DNA of 64,000 bases from Octopus vulgaris (lineage: Eukaryota). Within the stretch, counting starts at the first letter, position 1, and every line of letters starts with the position of its first letter. Below, piece by piece: positions 26,633-38,040 of the stretch. The notes beneath the pieces were generated by a model that saw only the letters and a program-made list of their open reading frames with translations, made no database searches and had not been told where the DNA came from. Where the stretch lies: contig OX597835.1 of NCBI GenBank assembly GCA_951406725.2, positions 13,082,001-13,146,000 of the forward strand. The letters are read 5' to 3'. The position numbers were made by a program, and so were the translations under genes.

Positions 26633-26919
26633 ATATATGTGTATGTATGTATATGCATGAATTTGTGTGAATGTATGTATACACACATGTATACACACAC
26701 ACCAATATTTAAAATTACAATTACACATTTACATTTGCGATTGTCAACAGATTTACAAACCTTCATACGTGCGGCATACAAACACATGCATATATATATA
26801 TATACACATATACACATACAAACACGTATATACATACACACACACTTATATGTATACACACAAACAAGCAAATGTATTCTTATTTAAATCGTGAACTCTA
26901 AAATACTTTCACACACACA

Positions 26920-26961
<42 letters not shown>

Positions 26962-27494
26962 CATATACACATTCGAAATTACACAAGCACTTTAAAATTA
27001 ATCACAGTCCACCCACACACACACACACACGCATATATGCAAATTTGAAATTGCTGACACAGACACAATGCATGTATACATACATAAACATTAGACATAT
27101 ACTCATATATATACATACACACACAAACATAACACATACACCCATACGTATACAAACATAAAGTGGTTTGTTGTTTAGCATAGCATAATCTTTTTAGTAG
27201 TATATTTTATTTTATTTTATTTTATATTTTGATGTCGTTTTTATTTGTTTTGTTTATATTGTTGTTATGTACTTTAATTAATTTCTTGTAATTTCAATTA
27301 ATTCAACCAATGCTTGCATGGAAAGTCGACATTAAGCCGATAATATTGTTGATTATGATGAAGTTGTCATCCGGATGGAATTAAAGTCTGATGTTAATCA
27401 TGGAAATAACATTAAGTTTTAGAAACCATTCTTTAAAAGCTTAATTTCAACAAACTTTCTCATTTCATTCCATCTACTTCTTATTAATGCCTCA

Positions 27495-28055
27495 TCACGA
27501 TGATGACTGGTGTTTCATGTCCGAAGAGCAAGAGGAATAGAAGCATGCCTTCAAGTTGCTTTGTAAACTGACTGGTGATGCTGTAGGGCTTTTCTTCCTG
27601 CTTGCATTTAGTAGTTTTAAAGTGGCGGTCAGTCCATGCAATCTGATCCCACTCTTCAGACTGACCAAGATGGCTGTGGTGACCAGCAAGCTGTGGGTTT
27701 TACATTGGATTGGCTTTCTCTTATGTGAATTGTCTCACTGGACTTGCCACAAGGGTGTCAAAATTGGCACCAAGCTGCTTGAGGGATTCCACTCTTTGAT
27801 TTGCTGTCAAGGTTGACACTCCGGCTTTCCCCTTTTCCCAAGACACTCACTAGGTAGTTAGGGTTTGTGCCCTGGAGTTTCTTCCGTGTCATGCTAACTA
27901 ACCCATAGCTGGGGCCCTGACAGTTGTTACCACTCTGGGCCAGAGACGACCTGGGAACAATGGTGGCTAAGAGATGGTTCCACACTCCTCAAAACTCTGG
28001 AACTCCTGAGGCAGCCCCACTACCAGATGCAGTTTAAAATCATACTGAAGACACT
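27495..28055 (-). mobile_element. Old RTE-related non-autonomous element (Ceph-domain/RTE 5'UTR-like)
   Basis: The minus strand contains CCATTGTTCCCAGGTCGTCTCTGGCCCAGAGTGGTAACAACTG...CTATGGG, resembling my recollection of cephalopod SINE and RTE 5' segments, and ends in CATCATC. Not verified by a search. Confidence 0.4.
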
Positions 28056-28189
28056 GCCTCATCAGAGAGTTAGATATTTTATCCATTGATATCTTGGCCA
28101 AGGGTCTTCTACTGTAGTCCCAGGATGACCAAAGCCTTGTGAATAGATTCAGTGGACAGAAATTGTATGTATGTGTGTGTGTGTGTGTG

Positions 28190-29590
28190 TGCGCATATTT
28201 GTATATTTCATTTTATGTATGTCTTTTCCGTTTGCCAGCTCTGTCTGGCACCTGTGCAGGTGGCACGTAAAAAGCACCCACTACACTCACGGAGTGGTTG
28301 GCGTTAGGAAGGGCATCCAGCTGTAGAAACACTGCCAAATCTGACTGGGCCTGATGAAGCCTTCCGGCTTCACAGACCCCAGTTGAACCGTCCAACCCAT
28401 GCTAGCATGGAAAACGGACGCTAAATGATGATGATGATGATGATGATGATGATGTATGTCTTCTCATGCATATAGTTGTATATCTAAACATGATCATATA
28501 TATTTAAAGGATAAACTTCTGGATAATTTTACAGGTTTTTACAGTTTCAGTGATGGATTGGATCTGTAGTCTTCGAATTAGTTTTTCCTTTCTGATTCTG
28601 AGAAGCCTAATTTCGCAAGATTGGTATTTAGGCAGTGTATTACATATCCCAGTGCCCCAATAATTACAGGTATAAACCTGAACTTGTAATCTGGATAGAG
28701 TAACTGCAGATTTCTCAATAGTTCAGCATAAGTGTTCTCTTTTTCACTGATCTTCAACTTTATGTTGACATCCGCTGGGTAGCTAATTTCCACAACTGTG
28801 CACAGTTTCTCTTCTCTATCCCAAATCATTATATCAGGTCTGTTGTGCTTACATTTTATTGAGGTTTTCACAGGGACATTTCACCAGCAATCCTTTTTAT
28901 TATGAGTAGCTATGGCTTCTACCACACTGTAGGTTCTTATTTCTTTGTTCTCGGGGTTATCCTTAACATCAGTGGTGTGGAGAGGGGAGGCTGGTATGTA
29001 TAGGCGACTGCCGGTCTTCCATAAACAACCTTGCCCTGACTTGTGCCTGGGAGGGTAACTTTCTAGGTGCAATCCCATGGTCAGTCATGACCGAAGAGGG
29101 TCTCCTCCTCATCAGATATAGGGGAAACAGTCAAGTCATTGATGGAGATGTTGCTAGTCTGGATTACAGTTTTACCCCCCTTTTCACAACCATATAACAA
29201 CATTTGTCCTGACCAAACTCCAACCCTACATCCTTTGAGAATGTTGTAACTAGGTCAAGGCTATTTTTCATCTCATGCATATTATTTGCATAAGTTTCAA
29301 AACATTCACAAAGAAACAGTATGTAATTTTTGTATTTTTGTTTCCTTGTGAACCAGTGAGATACCCTTCAGACTTCCTTAACATGAATGACAAGGGGTTT
29401 ACAGAAAGTATAAACAACATCACAGAGAGGCTGTCCCCTTGGAATATAACTTTGCGATACTGTATTCTATCGGGGATAATACAGTACTGTTTAATTTCAA
29501 GATAGTGGTCTACGATGAAGTCAGGCCAGCTATGGCTTTGACTATGCTCACTGGAACTTTAGCAAGTTGAAGGGCTTCTAGCATCCATGA
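28190..29590 (-). mobile_element. R4/Dong-clade (RLE-type) non-LTR retrotransposon relic with nested insertions
   Basis: ~29480-29280 reads IFQGDSLSVMLFILSVNPLSFML...KITYCFFVNVLKL (degenerate RT motifs QGDSLS and FxDD). 28871-28578 reads HNRPDIMIW...VEISYPADVNI...EK...Y..L...IPVIIGALG (restriction-like endonuclease). The C-terminus and 3'UTR are shared with 31351-31640. Confidence 0.85.
28229..28453 (+). mobile_element. RTE 3' end (family B) inserted into the R4/Dong 3'UTR
   Basis: Family B tail flanked by the direct repeat ATGTATGTCTT. Confidence 0.85.
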
Positions 29591-29603
29591 GTGGTGAACA
29601 GAG

Positions 29604-29918
29604 CCCCGGGCCGACCAAAGCCTTGTAAGTGGATTTGGTTGACGGAAACTGAAAGAAGCCCGTCGTATGTGTGTGTGTGTGTGTGTGTGTGTATGTTAGT
29701 GTATTTGTGTTTGTCCCTCCACCATCGATTGACAACCGATGCTGGTGTGTTTACGTCCCTGTAACTTAGCAGTTCGGCAAGAGAGACTGATAGAACTAGG
29801 TTTACAAAGAATAGTACTAGGCTTACAAAGAATAAGTCCTGGGATCGATTTGCTCGACTAAAGGTGGTGCTCCAGCATGGCCACAGTCACATACATGACT
29901 GAAACAAGTGAAAGAGTG
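29604..29918 (+). mobile_element. SINE family A, 5'-truncated
   Basis: Homologous to family A body and tail. Confidence 0.85.
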
Positions 29919-31064
29919 TATGTATGTATGTATGTATGTTCGTACATACATTTGATTGTTTGTTTGTTCATGCACCTTGGTAGCAAGGTTGTGAAGGAAA
30001 GCGTCGTGTGTTAACCGTTATCCTTTAAATATTAAGAATGTATGTCTATAAGTAAAGACTAGATTAAGATTTTTAGAGACGACAGAATGTTGTCAATTTG
30101 TTAAGTTTTCCAGCTGTGGTCATCCCGTGTGTTAGGATGTATGATAATATTATAATATAATTTTAGAAGAAACTGTAACAAGATCATATACAAGAACATC
30201 ATCTCAGAGGAATACAGAAACGAAAGCAGAAGAAGCCATAGTTTACTTACTCTAAGAAGATGAACAAATATATAAAATAAAATAAAAGGAAAAATGAAAA
30301 AGACTATAGAACTATCAACATCAACAAATTGAATTGGAACTAACCAATATTTAGAATGGAAATTTAATTAACCTTGTTCGTAGATTGGAATAACAATGTA
30401 AGTTATGTAAGCTATCTAGACATCTGGATATATGGATTAACAGATTATAGTCATAAGTCTGTGAGTTAGGAGTTTGGTTTTATTCTCCATCCAATGAGAG
30501 AGTAATAGGTGTGTGTTTTTTTTTTTTTTTTTTTTTTGGGTTTTTGATGTTTTTTTGTTTGGTAGGTTAGCAGGCTAATGGAATATATTCTCTGCAAATC
30601 TGTGCTTCATTTACAAAGAATTTCTATCAGAAATAGAGTTTTTAGTTGTCATGGCGAGCAGTTCTTCCTGATGAGAATAATATCTCGGTCAACAGCTAAC
30701 ATGGCAGGAGTCTCATACACTCACACACACACACACACACACACACACATGCATGCACTGCTCACATACATACACTTGTAGAAAGCACACATACGTCCAT
30801 ACATGCATTACACATATACATGTACATACACACACTACATATATCATACACATCATACTTATACACCAGACACACTACATACATATATTATACACACGTA
30901 AACACACCATATATGCATACATACATGCATACATATGTATGTATGTACATACACACATGCATACATACAAACATACATTCATACATACATACATACAAAC
31001 ATACATACATACATACGTACATACATACATACATACATACATACATACATACATACATACATAC

Positions 31065-31640
31065 AAAAATACTCTGTTCTTGATGTTGAAATTCTAATGA
31101 AGGAATCTTGGATCTAGATTAGAAACCAGTTCTTTCTCTATTGGCAAGAAATCTTGACATAAACTGAATAATAACATACATACATACATACATACATACA
31201 TACATACATACATACATACATACATACATACATACATACGTACGTACGTACGTACGTACGTATGGCAAGAAATCTTGAAATAAACTGAATAAAGACATAC
31301 ATACATACATACATACATACATACATACATACATACATACGTACGTACGTATGGAGAAAGCTAATTCGAAGACTAGAGATCCAATCCATCACTGGAACTG
31401 TAAAAATCTGTAGAAATTTCCAGAAGTTTATCATTTAAATATATATATGAGTATGTCTATATATGCAACTATATGCATGAGAATACATGCATAAAACATG
31501 CAAATCTGCTCATACATACATGCAAACATACAAATAAAAACACCCTGTTGTTGATGTTGAAATTCCAATGAAGGAGCTTTGGATCTAGATTAGAAACCAG
31601 TTCTTTATCAGCAAGAAATCTTGAAATAAACTGAATAATG
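31065..31640 (+). mobile_element. Three 5'-truncated 3' ends of the R4/Dong-like LINE within a (TACA)n array
   Basis: Fragments ~31065-31173, ~31264-31292 and ~31351-31640 all end GCAAGAAATCTTGA(A/C)ATAAACTGAATAA followed by ACATAC. The longest encodes [28 protein letters not shown], homologous to 28500-28590. Confidence 0.8.
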
Positions 31641-31647
31641 ACATACA

Positions 31648-31686
<39 letters not shown>

Positions 31687-32716
31687 TATCTCTGTTGAAT
31701 TTTTCAAACTGTTTATATCTGCCTTCTGCTTTACTTTTCTTGGAAAACATCCAAAAAGAAACGTTATTTGTTGAAATTTGGATTAATAATTTCAGGAAAT
31801 GTAATTTTGAATAGTCAGCGAATTGGTCGAAATCTTGTCTAATTAGGCCTAAATGAATAATCAGCCATATTTATGATGTCATAGCTTTGAAACTGAGGTG
31901 ATAATCAACTTCAGATTACACAAATTAATAGTGTTCATTTGATGACATTTGCCTATTTCTTTGAAGTCCTTGGATAGGAAAGTTTTTTTTTTCTTTGGCA
32001 ATTTTAAAAATATTCATGTAAAGCATATTTTGTTGCATGTAACAAACGGTCGATTCCGCGGTGTTTTCAAACCTAGCTAAATCCAAAAGTACCAGCCACA
32101 GGGACTTGAGTTTTGGTACATTTGTAGTAGGTATAGAACTAAATAAATAAATTTTGGGACATGATGTTATTTCAATAAAATTTTAATAGACTATTAAAAA
32201 TGCCTGTTAAAAATGGTGGAGTTTAATAGCCTATTTAATAGGCCATTAAAAATGGTGGAATTTAATAGCCTATTTAATAGGCTATTTAAAATGGTGGAGT
32301 TTCAGATCAGGATGCCCACATGAATTAGATTTTTTCTTTTTTGACTGGGATTTTTCCAATTTATTTTTCATCACATTCTTGGAAGTAATGGGAGGAAGAT
32401 TTTTATGAAAAAATATTCTTGAAAATTTATGATTTTTTTTTCACACCCTTTGCCCAAGTTCTCTTCATTACTATCATTTTTGACACAAATTAAATTATAG
32501 TGCTCCAGTAGTGCATTGAACTAGAACGAGGGCTATTGCTAGACAGTAAAAAAAAAAACAAAAAACAAAAACAGGACGAGCATTGTGGATATGTGGAAAT
32601 ATGAGGGTGATTGGAGGAATCTCACATGATGTGTATGTGTCAGATTTTGATCAAAAGAATATGAGAAGTAAAGTTCACATCCAGAACTTTCAAATGATAT
32701 ATAATTGTCCACAATT

Positions 32717-32950
32717 AAGGCGGCGAGCTGGCAGAGACGTTAGCATGCTGGGCGAAATGCGTAGCCGTATTTTGTCTGTCGTTAACGTTCCAAGTTCAAT
32801 TTCCGCCGAAGTTGACTTTGCCTTTCATCCTTTTGCGGTCGATAAATTAAGTCGCAGTTACGCACTGGGGTTGATGTACTCGACTTAATCCCTTTGTCTG
32901 TTCTTGTTTGTCCCCTCTGTGTTTAGCCCCTTGTGGGTAGTAAAGAAATA
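32717..32950 (+). mobile_element. tRNA-derived SINE family D (Nin/Deu-domain-like), full length
   Basis: Head GGCGGCGAGCTGGCAGA, central GCCTTTCATCCTTT..GGTCGATAAATTAAG, and a 15-bp TSD ATATAATTGTCCACA (32699-32713, 32950-32964). Confidence 0.85.
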
Positions 32951-33058
32951 TATAATTGTCCACAGAGAAAATGTATTTCAATATGAAAATGATGAAACAC
33001 AAAGTGGGTTTTAGCCTGGTCAAACTGTCACCCATTTTACGGTGCTCTACAGAGATAC

Positions 33059-33096
<38 letters not shown>

Positions 33097-33122
33097 CATA
33101 CATACATACAAACGTACATACA

Positions 33123-33158
<36 letters not shown>

Positions 33159-33196
33159 TATATATCTAAAGCCCATTGCGTGTGCATATATATATA

Positions 33197-33449
33197 TGGC
33201 TTCCATAAAATGCACCAATCCGACCGTGGCCGATGCCAGCCTCGCCTGGCACCAGTGCAGGTGGCACATAAAAAGCACCCACTACACTCATGGAGTGGTT
33301 GGCGTTAGGAAGGGCATCCAGCTGTAGAAACGTTGCCAGATAAGACTGGAGCCTGGTGCAGCCTTCTGGCTTCCCAGATCCCCGGTCGAACCATCCAACC
33401 CATGCTAGCATGGAGAACGGACGTTAAACGATGATGATGATGATGATGA

Positions 33450-33453
<4 letters not shown>
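33197..33453 (+). mobile_element. RTE 3' end, family B
   Basis: Family B tail with (GAT)n. Confidence 0.9.
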
Positions 33454-33509
<56 letters not shown>

Positions 33510-33828
33510 GAATAATGTGGGAAAAAGAATTTCCAAATCGATCAGGTACACACCCTTTAGCATTCCATGCATTTTAATATGGAGAATACATATCGTGTCT
33601 TCCACATCAACATATCGTGCTGTGGGGTCATGATTATAATATATTTATACATATTTATATAGAAATATACAAAATATATATAATAATAGAAAATTAATAA
33701 TAGTTCAGTTATTGGGATTTCAATCAATAGGTTTGTGGGTATTCCATTTCAGATGATGCAAACAGAACATAGCGAGTATTTATGATGGATGACTTGTGGT
33801 ATTTATATGTTATTTCTTGATGTGCATA

Positions 33829-34181
33829 TTGGTTGATCCGAATCAACGGAACAGCCTGCTCGTGAAATTAACGTGTAAGTGGCTGAGCACTCCACAGACA
33901 CGTGCACCCTTAACGTAGTTCTCGGGGATATTCAGCGTGACACAGAGAGTGACAAGGCCGGCCCTTTGAAATACAAGTACAACAGAAACAGGAAGTAAGA
34001 GTGAGAGAAAGTTGTGGTGAAAGAGTACAGCAGGGATCACCACCATTCCCCTGCCGGAGCCTCGTGGAGCTTTTAGGTGTTTTCGCTCAATAAGCACTCA
34101 CAACGCCCGGTCTGGGAATCAAAACCACGATCCTATGACCGCGAGTCCGCTGCCCTAACCACTGGGCCATTGCGCCTCCAC
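33829..34181 (-). mobile_element. tRNA-derived SINE family C, full length
   Basis: Minus-strand head GGAGGCGCAATGGCCCAGTGGTTAGGGCAGCGGACT...GGTTTTGATTCCC and TSD TGATGT(G/A)CATA at 33818-33828 and 34182-34192. Confidence 0.85.
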
Positions 34182-34303
34182 TGATGTACATATAAATGCC
34201 ACGAGTTTTCCATCATAAATACTTGTTATGTTCTTTTTGCATTATCTGAAATGGAATACCCACAAACCTATTGATTGAAATCCCAATTAGGGGACTATAT
34301 ATA

Positions 34304-35089
34304 TCATCATCATCATTGTTTAACGTCCGCTTTCCATGCTAGCATGGGCTGGACGATTTTGACTGAGGGCTGGTGAACCAGATGGCTGCACCAGGCTCCA
34401 ATCTTGATTTGGCAGAGTTTCTACAGCTGGATGCCCTTCCTAACGCCAACCATTCCGAGAGTGTAGTGGGTGCTTTTTACATACCAGCAGCACGGGAGCC
34501 AGTCAGGTGGTACTGGCAATGACCTTGCTCGAATCCTTTTACACATGCCACCAGCACAGGTGCCAGTAATGCGATGTTGGTAATTATCACGCTCAAATGG
34601 TGCCCTTTTACGTGCCACTGGCACGGAAGCCAGTTGGCTGCTCTGGCAACGATCACACTCGGATGGTGCTCTTGGCACCCTATTGGCACGGGCACAAGTG
34701 CCAGTAAGGCGACATTGGTAACGATCATGCTCAGATGGTGCTCCTGGCACCCCACTAGCATGGGCACAAGTGCCAGTAAGGCGACGTTGGTAACGATCAC
34801 GCTCGAATGGTGCCCTTTTACGTGCCACTGGCACAGAAGCCAGTTGGCTGCTCTGGCAACGATCACACTCGGATGGTACTCTTAGCACCCTACTAGCACA
34901 GGGCACAAATGCCAGTAAGGCAACGCTGGTAACGATCACGGTCGAATGGTGCCGTTTAAGTTCCACTGGCACGGGAGCCGGTTAGCCACTCTGTGAATGA
35001 TCATGCTCGTATGGTGCTCTTTGCACCCTGCTAGCACGGATGCCAGTCATCAAATTTGATTTTGATTTTGATTTTGCTTTTGATTGATT

Positions 35090-35090
<1 letters not shown>
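34304..35090 (-). mobile_element. RTE 3'UTR, family B, long subtype (~9 diverged units)
   Basis: (GAT)n tail at the left end and alternating ~60-bp units containing GTGCCA.TGGCAC or GTGCCAGTAAGGC. Confidence 0.9.
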
Positions 35091-35140
<50 letters not shown>

Positions 35141-35384
35141 TTCATCATTAGGCAGTTATGGCATATTTCGGTTTGGTGCCAACTCTTCACCAAATATTGT
35201 TGCTTAAGTGAAATAGTCAGTATGAAACCTATGGTAACATTCAGACCAGTTATATAACATGGACCTGTAATATCCTGCTTGACAATATATAAATATATAA
35301 CTCACTTTATTACTTATATTGGGTGTACTGTTTCTTCTGAGTTATGGATGACAAATTGATGATTTATATACGTATATATATATA

Positions 35385-35742
35385 CTAGCAGTATCGCCCG
35401 GCGTTGCTCAGGTTTGTAAGGGAAATAACTATAAAGCATTTTTAGAGAGTTATAGCCAAAAAATAGCAAAAAAATGGAAAAAAATGATGGTAAATTTTTT
35501 TGAGAGTAAAAAAAGGTGGAGTTGCGTCCCCTAGACAGTTTGCTGTTTGTGTTTCTGATTCTCGACCCCATGTCGAATTTATCGATTTTTTTCAGAACTG
35601 GGGGAAGTTTTCAAAATTTTCGCTGCGTTAGTTTTGAATTATGACATTGGGCTATGTGTGTGTCAAGTTTCATCAGAATCGGTTGAAAGCCGTGGTCAGG
35701 GTGAGGGTACAAGCAAACAGACACACAGAAACATATACCGTT

Positions 35743-35750
<8 letters not shown>
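35385..35750 (-). mobile_element. Non-autonomous Helitron variant (same 3' end, different body)
   Basis: A|CTAGCAGTATCGCCCGGCGTTGCTCAGG is the same 3' hairpin and CTAG end; the 5' body is distinct. Confidence 0.75.
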
Positions 35751-35776
<26 letters not shown>

Positions 35777-35879
35777 GATGTGTGTGTGTGTGTGTGTACA
35801 TGTGTGCATATAATAGAAACAAATTAACTGTATTGTAGAATTTTTATCTGTATGTGGTTAAAACATAAACCATCCTTTC

Positions 35880-36086
35880 TTCTATAGACACCAAGCCTGA
35901 AATTTTGGGCCTAAGAGCTTGTCGATACCATTGACCCCAGTAGTGGACTGGTACTTATTTTATCAATCCCAAAATGATGAAATGCAAAGTCAACTCCAGC
36001 TGAGTTTGAACTCAGAACATTAAGACAAACAAAATGTCACAAGCATTTTGTCTGACACGCTAACAGTTCTGCCAGCTCATTGCCTT
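35880..36086 (-). mobile_element. SINE family D, old copy
   Basis: Homologous to 32717-32950. Confidence 0.7.
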
Positions 36087-36219
36087 TGTTAAATTGTAAA
36101 CAATGGAAATGAATTATTTATATTGTAGGATTTTTATCTGCAGATGCTGTGTGTGTGTTTGTTTGTTTGTATCCTGTGACTTTTTAGCTCAAACAAGCCA
36201 TTTATCTGTATTTCGCTTT

Positions 36220-36668
36220 GGCTTCCGTGCCGGTGCCACGTAAAAAGCACCATCCGAATCGTGGCTGATGCCAGTGCCACCTTGACTGGCTTCCGTGCCG
36301 GTGGCACGTAAAATGCACCATCCGAATCGTGGCTGATGCCAGTGCCACCTTGACTGGCTTCCGTGCCGGTGGCACGTAAAATGCACCATCCGAATCGTGG
36401 CTGATGCCAGTGCCGCCTCGACTGGCTTCCGTGCCGGTGGCACGTAAAATGCACCAATCCGACCGTGGCCGTTGCCAGCCTCGCCTGGCACCTGTGCAGG
36501 TGGCACGTAAAAAGCACCCACTACACTCACGGAGTGGTTGTCGTTAGGAAGGGCATCCAGCTGTAGAAACACTGCCAGATCAGACTGGAGCCTGGTGCAG
36601 CCTTCTGGCTTCCCAGATCCCCGGTCGAACCGTCCAACCCATGCTAGCATGGAGAACGGACGTTAAAC

Positions 36669-36698
<30 letters not shown>
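36220..36698 (+). mobile_element. RTE 3'UTR, family B (5 units, 66-bp period)
   Basis: Near-identical tandem units GGCTTCCGTGCCGGTGGCACGTAAAATGCACCATCCGAATCGTGGCTGATGCCAGTGCC... Confidence 0.9.
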
Positions 36699-36699
<1 letters not shown>

Positions 36700-36816
36700 A
36701 ATTTATTGGAGTTGCTTCTGCACTCTTTACTTAACACTTATTCATTGTTTTCAGTAGGAGATCCATCACCATCATAAATGTGGATATATGTGTATATGAA
36801 AGAAGCCTGTGAAATA

Positions 36817-37918
36817 TGAGGTGCATTCAAAAAGCACCTGACTTTATTTTTTACTGTTAAATGCACATAAAAAAGCACCATCCGAACGTGGCCGTTGCCA
36901 GCGCCGCCTCGACTAGCTTCTGTGCCGATGGCACATAATAAGCACCATCCAAACGTGGCCGATGCCAGACACCCCTGGCACCTGTGCAGGTGGCACGTAA
37001 AAAGCACCAACCGATCGTGGCCGATGCCAGACCCCCTGGCACCTGTGCAGGTGGCACGTAAAAAGCACCAACCGATCGTGGCCGATGCCAGACTCCCCTG
37101 GCACCTGTGCAGGTGGCACGTAAAATGCACCAATCCGATCGTGGCCGATGCCAGACACCCCTGGCACCTGTGCAGGTGGCACATAAAAAGCACCCACTAC
37201 ACTCGCAGAGTGGTTGGCGTTAGGAAGGGCATCCAGCTGTAGAAACACTGCCAGATCAGACTGGAGCCTGGTGCAGCCTTCTGGCTTCCCAGATCCCCGG
37301 TCGAACCGTCCAACCCATGCTAGCGCAGAAAACAGATGTTAAACGATGATGATGATGATGATGAAACCTAATGCCACAAGGGCAAAATCTTTTGGGTGGG
37401 CAATGATGTCACCCTTGCTGCGCAGGCATGAAAGTTTTTGTTGTGAAAGACCTTGTCAGTTCCTGGTTGTTATGCCTTAAGTACAGAAATATAGTGTGTG
37501 CTTGCTGGATTTTTGTTTTCACACAAGATAACCAAACACATCCTTCAAAGATATTACATCAAGTTTTGCCAAAAAGTTTGGTAGTTCCAAAGCTCAAAAT
37601 CATCCTGAAGATTCAGCAGAGCTTTGATGTTGATGCCATGGACAAAACTCAGATCAAGGAGTGGTACGACCACTTCAGATATGATCAAACCTCAGTGGAA
37701 TGTGAGGCATGCTCAGGCAGACCATCCACAAGCTAAAATGAAGAGCCGATTGAGAAAGTTTGGTAAATAGTCATGGAAGACCATCATGTAACAATCCAGG
37801 AAATTGGTCACAAAGTGGGGATCAGTACAAGATCAATGTGTTCCATTTTAATGGAGGATTTGTGTACATGGAGAGTGTTGGTGAAATATGAAGTTGGATA
37901 CTTTTTGAATGCATCTTG
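36817..37918 (+). mobile_element. Mariner transposon relic (internally deleted) with a nested RTE tail
   Basis: 28-bp imperfect TIRs (TGAGGTGCATTCAAAAAGCACCTGACTT / AAGTTGGATACTTTTTGAATGCATCTTG) with TA flanks. 37600-37890 reads IQQSFDVDAMDKTQIKEWYDHF...SGRPSTS...VTIQEIGHKVGIS (mariner N-terminal HTH). Confidence 0.85.
36862..37363 (+). mobile_element. RTE 3'UTR, family B (6 units, mostly ~60-bp period)
   Basis: Tandem CCTGGCACCTGTGCAGGTGGCACGTAAAAAGCACC units and a (GAT)n tail. Confidence 0.9.
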
Positions 37919-37920
37919 TA

Positions 37921-38040
37921 ATCCAAGCTTTTCTGGTCAAGAACAATGCACCATTTGTTTGACAGGCTCCCTACTCTCCTGACTAGGTACCTTGAGACTC
38001 ATGGCTCTTCTCCAAGCTTAAAACCACACTGATAGGACAG
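37921..38040 (+). pseudogene. Mariner transposase catalytic-domain fragment
   Basis: IQAFLVKNNAPFV*QAPYSPD*VP*DSWLFSKLK is a degenerate YSPDLAPxDFxLF motif. Confidence 0.8.

Noticed and set aside
31088-31135. CTAATGA...GAAACCAGTTC hammerhead-like words
   Set aside because: The core is wrong in both copies (CTAATGA, CCAATGA), and the segment is the 3'UTR of the R4/Dong-like LINE.
32205-32302. ~39-bp tandem repeat (AAAATGGTGGAGTTTAATAGCCTATTTAATAGGC)
   Set aside because: An ordinary short tandem duplication, probably within a decayed transposon, with no further structure.
34421-35050. CRISPR-like array of palindromic repeats
   Set aside because: The apparent spacers are homologous to each other, the array belongs to a dispersed RTE 3'UTR with a (GAT)n tail, there are no cas genes, and the context is eukaryotic.
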